From an uncultured Gemmatimonadales bacterium (GTDB taxonomy: Bacteria; Gemmatimonadota; Gemmatimonadetes; Gemmatimonadales; Gemmatimonadaceae), in assembly GCA_963793305.1 (NCBI GenBank), contig CAWBZV010000003.1:96001-160000 (forward strand): 64,000 bases of DNA. The letters are read 5' to 3'. The position numbers and the translations under genes are program-made. Shown one piece after another: positions 29,529 to 38,896 of this stretch; within the stretch, counting starts at the first letter, position 1, and each line of letters begins with the position of its first letter. The notes beneath the pieces were generated by a model, which saw only the letters and a list, made by a program, of their open reading frames with translations, searched no databases and had not been told where the DNA came from.

Positions 29529-30815
29529 TTAGAGACTCCTGCCGGCGAGCGCTTCGAGCTGTGCTCGGGCAATGCCGTAGTCGTAGCGCGCCGTGACCGC
29601 GTCCTGCTCGGTGGCGACGAGCGTCGCCTCGGAGGTCAGGCGGTCGAGAATCGTCGACGCGCCGGCTTGGTACCGCGCGTCTTGCACGCGCAGATCTTCT
29701 GTCGCTTGCACCACGGCCGCTTGGGCGAGCCGTATTCTCTCCCCAGCGACATTCAGATTGGCGAGCCCACGCTCGGCCGCGGCCCGCGCTTCTCGTTTCG
29801 TATCCGCCCTCGTGGCACTCGCGGCGTCCGCCTCGGCGTCAGCCCTCGACACCCCGTCCTCGCGTTGAAATCCGTCGAAGATCGGATAGACGACACCTAC
29901 TCGAAATTGCCACGCTTGGCCGCCATCAATGAGCGGCCCACGCGTCGCGGGCTGACTGTACACGGAGTAGCCGCCGCTGGCGTTGATCGTCGGAAAGTAC
30001 TGCGATTTGGCGGCGCGCACCGACGCAGTTGCCGCGTCCGCGGTCGCGTCAGCGGAGCGCACCGACGGTCCGCCGGCCACAATGAGATCCACCATCTCGC
30101 GATCTGATACCGGGAGCGGGCGCACGATCGTCGAGTCCGCCTCGTTCGCGCCAACCGCGCGGCCGAGTCCGGTCACGCGGCCGAGCTCGAATGCGGCGCT
30201 CGTGCACTGTGCCTGCGCGGCGAGTAAGGCCTCCTTTGCCGACGAGAGCTCGACGCCGGCGCGTAGCACATCCGACCTGAACGACGTCCCGGCCTCCAGC
30301 CGATGCTGCGCCACGCTCAACGCTTCTTGATCTCTCGCGAGCCGTGCCTCCGAAACTTTTATCAAGTCAGACGCGCGGAGGACGTCCAGAAACGCGACCT
30401 CGACGGTAAGCCTTGCGCCGTACGTGCGATCGACCAGCGATGCATCGGCCGCCGTACGCTCGGCGTCAGCCGCTCGTCGCTGCGCTCCGCGTCGGCCGGC
30501 AGTAAAGAGATCCAGCGAAGCGAGGACCCCCGTGCCGTATGTCGGGCCAGGCAGCGCGAGGGACAGCGGCGGTTCGGGCGAGGCTAAGTCGGCGTTTGAG
30601 AAATTCGCCTGATACGCGATCTGGGGCAGAAATGCGCCGACTGCGAGTCGCTGCTGTGATCGGGCTTCCCAAACGTTGGCCTTGCCGCGCGCGACATCCG
30701 GGCTCGCGCTCGCGGCGTGCGCCAATGCGTCGGCCAAAGAAATTGTCGTGTCGACTTGGGCGTGGGCGGAAAGTGCACATGCCGACGACACAGCGATAAC
30801 GCGCGCGATGTTCAC
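29529..30815 (-). CDS. TolC-family protein
   Basis: Duplicated OEP pattern (AFLPQI.., QYFPTI.., YPIFDG, RYQAGASTILD); first gene of the RND operon. Confidence 0.9.
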   Translation of the reverse strand: MNIARVIAVSSACALSAHAQVDTTISLADALAHAASASPDVARGKANVWEARSQQRLAVGAFLPQIAYQANFSNADLASPEPPLSLALPGPTYGTGVLASLDLFTAGRRGAQRRAADAERTAADASLVDRTYGARLTVEVAFLDVLRASDLIKVSEARLARDQEALSVAQHRLEAGTSFRSDVLRAGVELSSAKEALLAAQAQCTSAAFELGRVTGLGRAVGANEADSTIVRPLPVSDREMVDLIVAGGPSVRSADATADAATASVRAAKSQYFPTINASGGYSVYSQPATRGPLIDGGQAWQFRVGVVYPIFDGFQREDGVSRADAEADAASATRADTKREARAAAERGLANLNVAGERIRLAQAAVVQATEDLRVQDARYQAGASTILDRLTSEATLVATEQDAVTARYDYGIARAQLEALAGRSL

Positions 30816-30879
30816 ACCGCAATGTCATCTGACCGGGCGGTCAGGAAAATGCAGAAACTTGCGGCCGAATGATCCTTTC

Positions 30880-31738
30880 TTAAGCTACCTGCGTCTCGCG
30901 CCAGCCACCGGGCGGCGTCCCGTGACGTTTCGCGAACTGGCGTATGAAATATGAGACATTGTCATAACCAACGGCCGACGCAATAGCGTGCAGCGGCTGA
31001 TCCGTGTCGATCAGCAATCGCTCGGCCTCACGCATGCGCCGCTCGATGATCCACTGCAGAACCGTCCGTCCGGTCTCTTCGCGCACGGCGTGCGTGAGAT
31101 ACGCCGGCGACCGGTCCACGGCCTTCGCCACGTCGGCGAGCCCAATCGGCGACCGATAGCGCGTCTCTATCACCTGAAAGACATCGCGCACGAGCTGCGT
31201 GGCAGCATTGGACTCGCACGAATGGCAGAGCGCGAGATCATTCGGCACCGGACGCAGCCGCGCGACATCCGTCAACACCAAATTGATGAGCGACGGCAGC
31301 GCCGAATGCTCGGCCTCGGCGTGACGTTCGAGCTCACCTTGCATGAGATCGAGCTCGGCCACGAGACGCGAGATTTGGCCCTCGTCAGCATGGAAGCGCA
31401 ACACCGTGCCGACGCGAGCGAGCAGCTGCGACGGCAGTCCACGCGGACGCGCCTCCAAGCAGAGCGCGATCGCATGTCGCGCAAACGAAGCGACCCAGTA
31501 TGTCGAACGTCCCGAACGTATGTGCATCGAACGGGATTCCAGGCGCGAAGAGATAGACATCGCCTTCGGCGTGGAGCGTCGGGCCAAGCACGGCCTTCTG
31601 TGGACACTCCGGGCCATCGACGACGACGAGCGTGTAACGAAGCTCAGGCCACACGGGCGCGCGAAACACGATCGGCTCCAACCGCCGTCTACGCCAGAGC
31701 GCTACGCCCGTCCGTGCGCTATTCTCGATGGGGGACAT
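30880..31738 (-). CDS. AraC-family regulator; frameshift near 31506; start uncertain
   Basis: C-terminal SPAYLT...IASAVGYDNVSYFIRQFAKRHGTPPG. Cupin-like N-terminus (GDVYLFAPG) lies in the adjacent frame. Confidence 0.8.
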
Positions 31739-31755
31739 TGCCTGTATACAATCCA

Positions 31756-32130
31756 ATGACTACTCCTGTGGTTCCGACTGACGTTATCCTCAAGCGCTTC
31801 GAGACTCCCGACGAAGTGCGTGAAATGGTGAAGGGCAAATTCGAGATCGTGCGACTCGGCGGCATGACAATCGGCCGGGCGACGTACGAGCCCGGTTGGC
31901 GGTGGTCCGAACACGTGGGACCCGGCGTCGGCGCGACGCGGTGCTCGGTCGAGCACGTCGGGATGGTACTGTCAGGAACCGCCACGGCGGCTCTCGAAGA
32001 CGGACGCGTGTTTGAAATGCGTGTTGGAGAGGTGTTCTACATCCCGCCAGTGCCGCACGACAGCTGGGTCATCGGCAACGAACCCTACGTCTCGCTACAC
32101 TTCCTCGGCGCGGACCACTACGCCCGATAG
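31756..32130 (+). CDS. Cupin domain protein
   Basis: YEPGWRWSEHV...CSVEHVG...PHDSWV. Confidence 0.88.
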   Translation: MTTPVVPTDVILKRFETPDEVREMVKGKFEIVRLGGMTIGRATYEPGWRWSEHVGPGVGATRCSVEHVGMVLSGTATAALEDGRVFEMRVGEVFYIPPVPHDSWVIGNEPYVSLHFLGADHYAR

Positions 32131-33051
32131 TCGGACCTCACTCTCCCACGCTGCTAAGAAGCGGCGTACAGTTTCACTCGCGTAGCGCCGCAGTTCCTGC
32201 CGGCGGCCATCGTCGTCCTCGTCTTCACTCAAAAAGCGCTCATACAGCGAGGGGCCCGCCGAGTCGAGGGTTTGGAAATGCCGTCGGAGCAGGTCGATGG
32301 CGGCTCTCACATCCGGGTCCGTCACGACCGGGCTGCTGGCGGCGTAGGCAGCAGCGCTCGCCGGCCCTTGTTCGAACGCGTTGAGGGTCCATACAATGTC
32401 GTAAGCATCTTTGTGCTTGACTCGGCCGTCGAGCGCGAAAGCCTTTAGCGCAAGGAACGGCAACAGATTCGCCACGCGAACCTCGACGATGCGAATGCCG
32501 CCGCCGTCGAGAGTATCGCCCTCCAGCCGGACCGCCATGCAATCGCGACCAGCGAGCTCGGCGCCCCGAAGTGCGAACGCACTGAGCCGGCGTCCCGCCT
32601 GGCGATGCGGCCGGCGCCGTAGACGGCCCGGCAGAGTGTCCTCCGGCGCACAGAAGAATTCCAGGATCACGCCGACCCCGTCAACGTCGCGTTGCCAGCG
32701 GAAATACTCCGGCTCGTCGGAGCGATTTCGCGACGGTGTGAAACCGGCGCCCGAGAGCTGCCGTTCGAGCGTCGAATAGAGTGGAATGTCTTCCGAAGCC
32801 ATGACGACTCCGATCACGACATCAATGTCTGTGGTACCAATGTGCGGTTCGAGTCCAGGAGGCACGCGCTGCACCAAGTAGCGCGGCGCGAGTCCACCGA
32901 ACACAATGAGATGCGGCCCCCATTGACCGATTCTGGCAACGAGCGTACGAAGCGCGCGCTCACACGCTGCTACCGCCGCGGGGGTGTAAGCGTCACGCTC
33001 GCGCATCGAGCGAGGAGCGGGCACGGAGATGATCGGCGACCTCGCCGCCAC
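32095..33051 (-). CDS. Nucleotidyltransferase, AbiEii-like type IV TA toxin
   Basis: GGLAP...TTDIDV (Pol-beta GG...DxD), LALKA and KDAYD. Overlaps the 3' end of the upstream antitoxin. Confidence 0.8.
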   Translation of the reverse strand: MAARSPIISVPAPRSMRERDAYTPAAVAACERALRTLVARIGQWGPHLIVFGGLAPRYLVQRVPPGLEPHIGTTDIDVVIGVVMASEDIPLYSTLERQLSGAGFTPSRNRSDEPEYFRWQRDVDGVGVILEFFCAPEDTLPGRLRRRPHRQAGRRLSAFALRGAELAGRDCMAVRLEGDTLDGGGIRIVEVRVANLLPFLALKAFALDGRVKHKDAYDIVWTLNAFEQGPASAAAYAASSPVVTDPDVRAAIDLLRRHFQTLDSAGPSLYERFLSEDEDDDGRRQELRRYASETVRRFLAAWESEVRLSGVVVRAEEV

Positions 33052-34126
33052 GCCCCCGTGCGCGGCGGGCTTCCACGTACGCTCGCGGCCAGCTTACGCA
33101 GCGAATTTGCTCGCGTAGATCGTCGCGCGCGATGAACGTCCTATGGACGAGTGCCGGATCACCCGAGGTCTGCCATAGATGAATGTTCTCGCCACTCTCG
33201 ACGACCGTCCCTCCGAGCTCACGCGCAATGTCTTCCGCCGCCTCCGCGGCCGGAATCCGAACGTCCGGTGGTGGATCAGCGGTCAAGAGCGGTGCCCACA
33301 GATTCGCCGCCCCAGCTCCGCCGACTGCGTAGTTCGTCAGATTACCGAGTTTGGCGATGCGTGCGTACAGGTCGTGATACGACGGCGCGTGCGCGTACAC
33401 TCGAGTGATGACTTCCGGGCGGACCTCTTCCTCCGCCCAGCGATCCAGCAACGCACCCGGATTGCTCAGCCTCCAGGTCTTCCACCGCGGTCCAGAGCCC
33501 ATTTCCTCGACGATCCCCTCATTCGCCAACCGGATGAGCACGCGGCTCACGAGCGCCGGGGAGACTCCGGTGTCGTGAGCCAGATCCTTGGCGCGAAAGT
33601 GGGGGCCTCGATACTTCAGCAGCATTGTCTCCGCGCAGACCCCGGTCCGTCTTCGCAACCGAGCCGGTCGGCCTTGGCCAGCTGACGTCCTGTTAGAGGT
33701 CCCAGCGATTGGTGGGGAATGTGGATCGATGTCGATCACGACTCCGGGCGCCACAATGTGCGACACGGCAGTCTGCTCTTCGAGCCATGAGATACCAGCC
33801 GCGCGCAAGATGCTGCGTGAGGCGGGCGTCAGACGATCTGTGGCCAGCATGAGATAGTTCACGGGATAGGCAGGGATTTGGGAAAACCGAGAGAAGCCGA
33901 CGTGCACTCTCTCCCGTCGCGGTATCACCGGATCCGGGTCGCGAGCCATCGCGGCGAACTCGCGCACCCTTTCCTCGCTCACGGGCCGCTCGCGTCTGAC
34001 GTAGAACGTGACGAAGCGGCCGCCCCGCGGTCGTATCTTGACCTTCGACCCGTCGGCGGGAAGCTGGATATCACCAGCTACAGCAGTGCGGACACGCCGC
34101 ACGACCCAGTCTGGAACGTCAGGCAT
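32993..34126 (-). CDS. AbiEi-like type IV TA antitoxin/transcriptional regulator
   Basis: LRAAGISWL, winged-HTH DLAHDTGVSPALVSRVL, LLDRW, YAVGGAGAA and GRGGEVADHL. Confidence 0.78.
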   Translation of the reverse strand: MPDVPDWVVRRVRTAVAGDIQLPADGSKVKIRPRGGRFVTFYVRRERPVSEERVREFAAMARDPDPVIPRRERVHVGFSRFSQIPAYPVNYLMLATDRLTPASRSILRAAGISWLEEQTAVSHIVAPGVVIDIDPHSPPIAGTSNRTSAGQGRPARLRRRTGVCAETMLLKYRGPHFRAKDLAHDTGVSPALVSRVLIRLANEGIVEEMGSGPRWKTWRLSNPGALLDRWAEEEVRPEVITRVYAHAPSYHDLYARIAKLGNLTNYAVGGAGAANLWAPLLTADPPPDVRIPAAEAAEDIARELGGTVVESGENIHLWQTSGDPALVHRTFIARDDLREQIRCVSWPRAYVEARRARGRGGEVADHLRARSSLDARA

Positions 34127-34129
34127 AGA

Positions 34130-34184
34130 TTTACCGTTCAGTTAACTTAACCGATGCGGTAAAATACGCAATAACGGTAAAATA
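34130..34184 (-). promoter_or_regulatory. AT-rich TA promoter with repeated TTTACCG half-sites
   Basis: Inverted pair tttaccgtt (34130-38) and aacggtaaa (34173-81); direct pair cggtaaaata (34157, 34175); minus-strand TTGCGT-16bp-TAAGTT. Confidence 0.65.
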
Positions 34185-34192
34185 AGAGCGGA

Positions 34193-36463
34193 TTAGTCGG
34201 CTTCGCTGACCACTACGCTCGGTAACTGGCCGCGCTCGCCCGGCCACCAATTCCATTTGCCAGCGAGCCGTAGCACGGCTGGCCCAATGCCGAGGCGGAC
34301 GACCGTGGCGTCGATGAGTACGGCCACGGCTAAGGCGAAGCCGAGCACTTTGATGAGCAGGAAGTCGCCGAGGGTAAACGACGCGAACACGACGATCATC
34401 ACGGCCGCCGCGCTCGTAATGACGCCGCCCGTGCGCGCGACACCCTCGGCGAGCGCATCGTTGACGTTGGCGCCCGACCGGTTCGCTTCGGCGACTCGTG
34501 CCACCAAGAACACCTCGTAGTCCATGCTCAGGCCGAACACGAGGCAGAACACGATGACGGGGACGGCGGGGAAGAGCGCGTCGACTGGCGCCGCCAGGCC
34601 GACGAGCCAGGCGAGGTGGCCGTCCTGAAACACCAACACCGTCGCGCCGAACGCCGCGCCGACGGAGATGAGATTGAGCAAGATCGCCTTGATCGGGATC
34701 AACACGGACCGGAACCCGATCAGGAGCGCGAAGAACGTCCCGCCGACGACGAGCCCGACGACCCAACTCGCGTGTCCCGCGATCGCGTCCTGATAGTCCG
34801 TGTTCTGCGCCGGCAATCCACCGATCCGAATCGTCGCGCCCTTGAGACCAGTGAGCTGCACCGGATCGGTCGCGCGCAGATCGTGAATGAAGTCCGTGAG
34901 CTGCGCGGGCGTCGCGCTCTCTTTCGGGACCACCTCGATCACCGCCGCTTTGTGATCGCGACTCACGAACGAGTGGATGAGATCGACCGACACGAGGCCC
35001 AGGACGGTGGTGCTGGGATGCTCGGCGTGCAGGATCGTCGGGAGCGACCGTACGCGTGCGACCTCGGGCCGCTGCTGGACTGTCAGCGTGAGTCGTCGCC
35101 ATGCCTGCCAGCCGGCGTCAGTCAACGGCCCCTGGCCGGGCGGAAGCTCGAGGAGAATGTGCGTATCCTCGACGATCCCCATCTTCCCCATGCCGCGCAT
35201 CGCCCGCACGGCGCGCGCTGACTCCATCGACTGCGGCAACCAGTCTTCGCCGGTCGGCAACTGATCGTTGAGTCGCCGCGCTTGCCCCACGAGAATCGCC
35301 AGCGGTACACCGCATAACACGAGCACTCGCACCGGATGCGCGGCGACCCACGCACCCCAGCGCCGCCAGCCATTCTCACTTCCCACCCGGCGCGCGTGCC
35401 AGAGACTCCACCGGTTGACCAAGGGTCCGAGCCACGCGAGGAGTCCCGGTAATAGCGTGGTCGCTAAGAGCGCCGAAAAACCAACAGTGAGCAGGCCACC
35501 GATGCCGATCGAGCGAAGGTCACCGATGGGAATGACAATCAACGCCACGAACCCGATGGCGACCGCCATTGCGGAGATGAGAATCGTATGCCCCGCGCGC
35601 TGCACCGCTTCGACCGCGGCGTCCTCGGAATTTCGTCCAGCGGCGAGCGATTCCCGGAAGCGGCTGACCGTCAGGAGCGCGTAGTCGACGCCGATGCCGA
35701 GCCCGAGCATCGTGATGATGTTGTGCGACAGCACCGAGAGCGGCCAGACCATGCTGATCAGCGCCGCCGCACCGAGGCTCAACCCGATGGCGAGAGCGCC
35801 GGCTATGGCGGGAAGCAGCGCGGCGACGACGGACCCGAACACGATCACGAGCAACACGATCGTGATCGGCAATACCCGTCGCTCGGCCGTCCTCGCATCG
35901 GCGGCACTGGTCGCACGCACGTCGTAGTTGAACGGCGCGTCGCCAGTCCATCCCATCGTGATGCCGGGAAACTGCACCGCGAGCTCGCGCTGGAGCGCGC
36001 CGCTGGCGCGCCGCATCGCCGGGATGTACTCCTGCGCTGGATTGCCGACGCGATCGAGACCGACCACGACGAACGTGCCGCGCGGCGAGAGGAACGCCGA
36101 GTCCGGCGTGTTGGCGTACGAGAGCACGCGGCGCACGCCCGGTAACGAATCGAGCACGGTGACCACGCGGTGCAACGCCGCTTTGCCCTCCGGCGTCGCC
36201 GGCGACGCGACATTCGAGATCACCAGCACGGCGAACAATGCGTAGGGCGCGTCGAATCGCGAGGACATGATGCGCTCGACGACGCCCGCCTCGCGCTCGT
36301 TTGGGCGGGCGCTGGCATTCATGCGATCGGAGGCCGTGAACGCCCACGGGATCAGCGCGACGGCCAGGAGGGCCCAGACAGCGGCGACCGCACCGCGTTG
36401 GCGTACGATCGCGCGTGAGAGCATGGGCGCGTCCAAGTTAGGGCGCGTGGGAAACTGGCTCAA
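34193..36463 (-). CDS. MMPL-family transporter
   Basis: GLGIGVDYALL..SRFRE, FGLSMDYEVFL and TGGVITSAA. Confidence 0.92.
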   Translation of the reverse strand: MSQFPTRPNLDAPMLSRAIVRQRGAVAAVWALLAVALIPWAFTASDRMNASARPNEREAGVVERIMSSRFDAPYALFAVLVISNVASPATPEGKAALHRVVTVLDSLPGVRRVLSYANTPDSAFLSPRGTFVVVGLDRVGNPAQEYIPAMRRASGALQRELAVQFPGITMGWTGDAPFNYDVRATSAADARTAERRVLPITIVLLVIVFGSVVAALLPAIAGALAIGLSLGAAALISMVWPLSVLSHNIITMLGLGIGVDYALLTVSRFRESLAAGRNSEDAAVEAVQRAGHTILISAMAVAIGFVALIVIPIGDLRSIGIGGLLTVGFSALLATTLLPGLLAWLGPLVNRWSLWHARRVGSENGWRRWGAWVAAHPVRVLVLCGVPLAILVGQARRLNDQLPTGEDWLPQSMESARAVRAMRGMGKMGIVEDTHILLELPPGQGPLTDAGWQAWRRLTLTVQQRPEVARVRSLPTILHAEHPSTTVLGLVSVDLIHSFVSRDHKAAVIEVVPKESATPAQLTDFIHDLRATDPVQLTGLKGATIRIGGLPAQNTDYQDAIAGHASWVVGLVVGGTFFALLIGFRSVLIPIKAILLNLISVGAAFGATVLVFQDGHLAWLVGLAAPVDALFPAVPVIVFCLVFGLSMDYEVFLVARVAEANRSGANVNDALAEGVARTGGVITSAAAVMIVVFASFTLGDFLLIKVLGFALAVAVLIDATVVRLGIGPAVLRLAGKWNWWPGERGQLPSVVVSEAD

Positions 36464-37475
36464 GCAGGAGACCGGTCAGTGCGTCCAGCACTGGCTCGAC
36501 GGGGAGCGACTGTAACGTCCCTTCGGTCGACACGACTGCGGCGCTTCCCGTCTCATACGGGCCCCAGATCTCGGCCCGATTTCTCGGGAACATCACGACG
36601 GCCGGCTTGCCGAACGCCGAGGCCGCGTGCGTGATCGCCGTGTCGGGTGTCAGCACGTAGTCGGCTGTGGCCACCAATGCAAAAGCCTCACGTACGCTTC
36701 GCGTGCGCAAAAACCTCGCGTCTGTTAATTGCTCGGCCATCGCGGCGTCCCCAGGCGCGGCTATCAAGCCGACATCGAGGTCCGCGTGCGCGCGAAGCGC
36801 GCCGAGGATTGCGGCAAATCGCTCAGCTGGCCATCGGCAGGTCGGCTTCCCTGCCGAGATGTTGACCAGCAGACGGCGACCAGCACGCCACCGTGATTCT
36901 CCCTCGGCACGCTCGGCGGGCGTGAGAAAAATCTCCGGGCGCCAATTCGCGTCAGTCACTCCGAATGGCGCGGCCAGCGCTCCGAGATGCTCGACGTAAT
37001 GGCGGGCCGTGGCGGGACGAGGCGTCGGGATGGTAAACGCAGCATCAATCCCACGTCCAGCGAGGCCAACGCGATGTCGCGCCCGGCTCAACAGCATCAT
37101 GACCAACGTCGTAGTCGACGGCGAGAAAACCTGACAATCCAAAATCGCGTCGTACCGTTCGCGCCGAATGCGACGAAACGCCGCGACGTAGGCGGGATCG
37201 GCGATGATGACGGACCGAACGTAGGGATTGCCGAGCAGCACAGGCGCGTTCTCGGGAGACGCGAGCACGTCGACGACGACATTCGGATGCGACCGCGCGA
37301 TCGCACGCAGGAGCCCGGTCGACAAGATCATGTCGCCGATCCGATCGTAGCGGAGATAGAGCACTCGGACGGGCTCCGCGCCGGCCGCGAAGTCGAGCGG
37401 CGACGGCTGAGGCAGGCGCCGGGCGAGCCCAACGAGCACGGCGCGCGATGCCGCCTCTAACCGTCTCATTCGCAT
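36438..37475 (-). CDS. Glycosyltransferase family 9 (heptosyltransferase-like)
   Basis: RYDRIGDMIL, RWPAERF and TPDTAITHAASAFGKP. Confidence 0.9.
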   Translation of the reverse strand: MRMRRLEAASRAVLVGLARRLPQPSPLDFAAGAEPVRVLYLRYDRIGDMILSTGLLRAIARSHPNVVVDVLASPENAPVLLGNPYVRSVIIADPAYVAAFRRIRRERYDAILDCQVFSPSTTTLVMMLLSRARHRVGLAGRGIDAAFTIPTPRPATARHYVEHLGALAAPFGVTDANWRPEIFLTPAERAEGESRWRAGRRLLVNISAGKPTCRWPAERFAAILGALRAHADLDVGLIAAPGDAAMAEQLTDARFLRTRSVREAFALVATADYVLTPDTAITHAASAFGKPAVVMFPRNRAEIWGPYETGSAAVVSTEGTLQSLPVEPVLDALTGLLLEPVSHAP

Positions 37476-37601
37476 GACATTCTCAAATTACCATGCGTAT
37501 CTCATACACCATCGGCACATACGATTCAGAGCGGGCACTGCCATTCTGGCGGCCACGCTTTACCGCTTGCGGTAACGATCCGGAAGGGGCTTCTTATATC
37601 A

Positions 37602-37919
37602 ATGCTGTCGGATACCATGACCCAATCGTCCGCCGAGGCGAGTCCGAGATTGGTCCGGATGCGCGAAGCGGTTTGTCGTGCGATGGACGCGGTCTCGAGC
37701 AACCCCGAGGAGCCGCGGACAGAAAGAGGCGCCCGTATGGCGGCCGCTCGTGAGGCGGTCGTTGCGTACACGCGGTGGATGCGTGACCAAGGTGTGCCCG
37801 CGCTGACGGTGATCCAACACGTCAAAGCCCTGGTCCGGGGTGCGTCGTCCCGAGGCGCGAAGGCGTTTCGTGATGCGCTGTCCCAGTGGACCATCGCGGC
37901 CTACTTCCAAGCGGACTAG
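37602..37919 (+). CDS. Small helical hypothetical protein
   Basis: Clean ORF filling the gap between two genes; stop overlaps the convergent glk stop. Confidence 0.6.
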   Translation: MLSDTMTQSSAEASPRLVRMREAVCRAMDAVSSNPEEPRTERGARMAAAREAVVAYTRWMRDQGVPALTVIQHVKALVRGASSRGAKAFRDALSQWTIAAYFQAD

Positions 37920-38896
37920 GAAGCGGCGACCACAGCGGCGCCGAGCAGTCCAATCATGTCGTTGGTGATCACGTGGACGGGGATCTTGGACAAGAGCCCC
38001 GCCATTCGGCCTTTCGCGGTGAACGACGCGAGAAAGTCGCCGGATTTGAGCACGGGCAGGATGCGCCTGGCGATACCGCCAGCCAGGTAGACGCCACCGG
38101 TCGACAGGGTCTGGAGGACGACGTTCCCCGCCTGCGACCCGTAGACCGAGGCGAAGAGCCGCACCGCCATGACACACGCCGGATCTGTCCCCGCGACGCC
38201 GCGCGTCGTCACCGTGGCCGCCGGGACTCCGCCTCGCATCTCGTCAGAGACGTTCGGATCCTCGGGCGCGAGCTTGCTGGCGACGATGTACTGATAGGTC
38301 GAGACCAACCCTGAGCCCGACAGCACGCGTTCGTACGACACGTGTCCGCCGTCGTGCTGCGCCGAGAGAAACTTCGCCAGGCCCCACTCGATCTCATTCC
38401 GGGCCCCGAACGTCGCATGGCCGCCTTCGGACGGAACAACCCTCACGCCCGTCGGCTCCCTGAGCACGAGCCCCTGACCGAGTCCCGTTCCGGCGCCGAG
38501 TAGGGCTATGGGACCGTCGGGATCGGACACCCCGGGCTGGAGCGTCTCATAGTCGGTCGGGCCGAGTCGGGTAACGCCGAATCCAACGGCGTCGAAATCG
38601 TTGATCAGCGTCGTCCGCCGTACCCCAATAGCGCTCGCCAGCTCGGCGCCCCGGACCATCCAGGGGAGGTTGGACGCCTTGATGTCGCCGTCGACAACGG
38701 GGCCCGCCACGGCAAAGCACGCAGCGCCGATATCGGTCCCATCGTCACGACGAAACTCCTTGACGATGGTCGCCAGACTGTCATACTGGCCGCTCGGATA
38801 GACGTGCTCGCGCACGCATCGCAAGGGTGCTCCGCCCACGGCAAAGACGGCGAGACGCGCGTTCGTCCCGCCAATGTCGCCCGCCAACACGTTCAT
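37916..38896 (-). CDS. glk: Glucokinase
   Basis: LAGDIGGTNARL, LINDF, GAGTGLG, SEGGH and KGRM. Confidence 0.95.
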   Translation of the reverse strand: MNVLAGDIGGTNARLAVFAVGGAPLRCVREHVYPSGQYDSLATIVKEFRRDDGTDIGAACFAVAGPVVDGDIKASNLPWMVRGAELASAIGVRRTTLINDFDAVGFGVTRLGPTDYETLQPGVSDPDGPIALLGAGTGLGQGLVLREPTGVRVVPSEGGHATFGARNEIEWGLAKFLSAQHDGGHVSYERVLSGSGLVSTYQYIVASKLAPEDPNVSDEMRGGVPAATVTTRGVAGTDPACVMAVRLFASVYGSQAGNVVLQTLSTGGVYLAGGIARRILPVLKSGDFLASFTAKGRMAGLLSKIPVHVITNDMIGLLGAAVVAAS

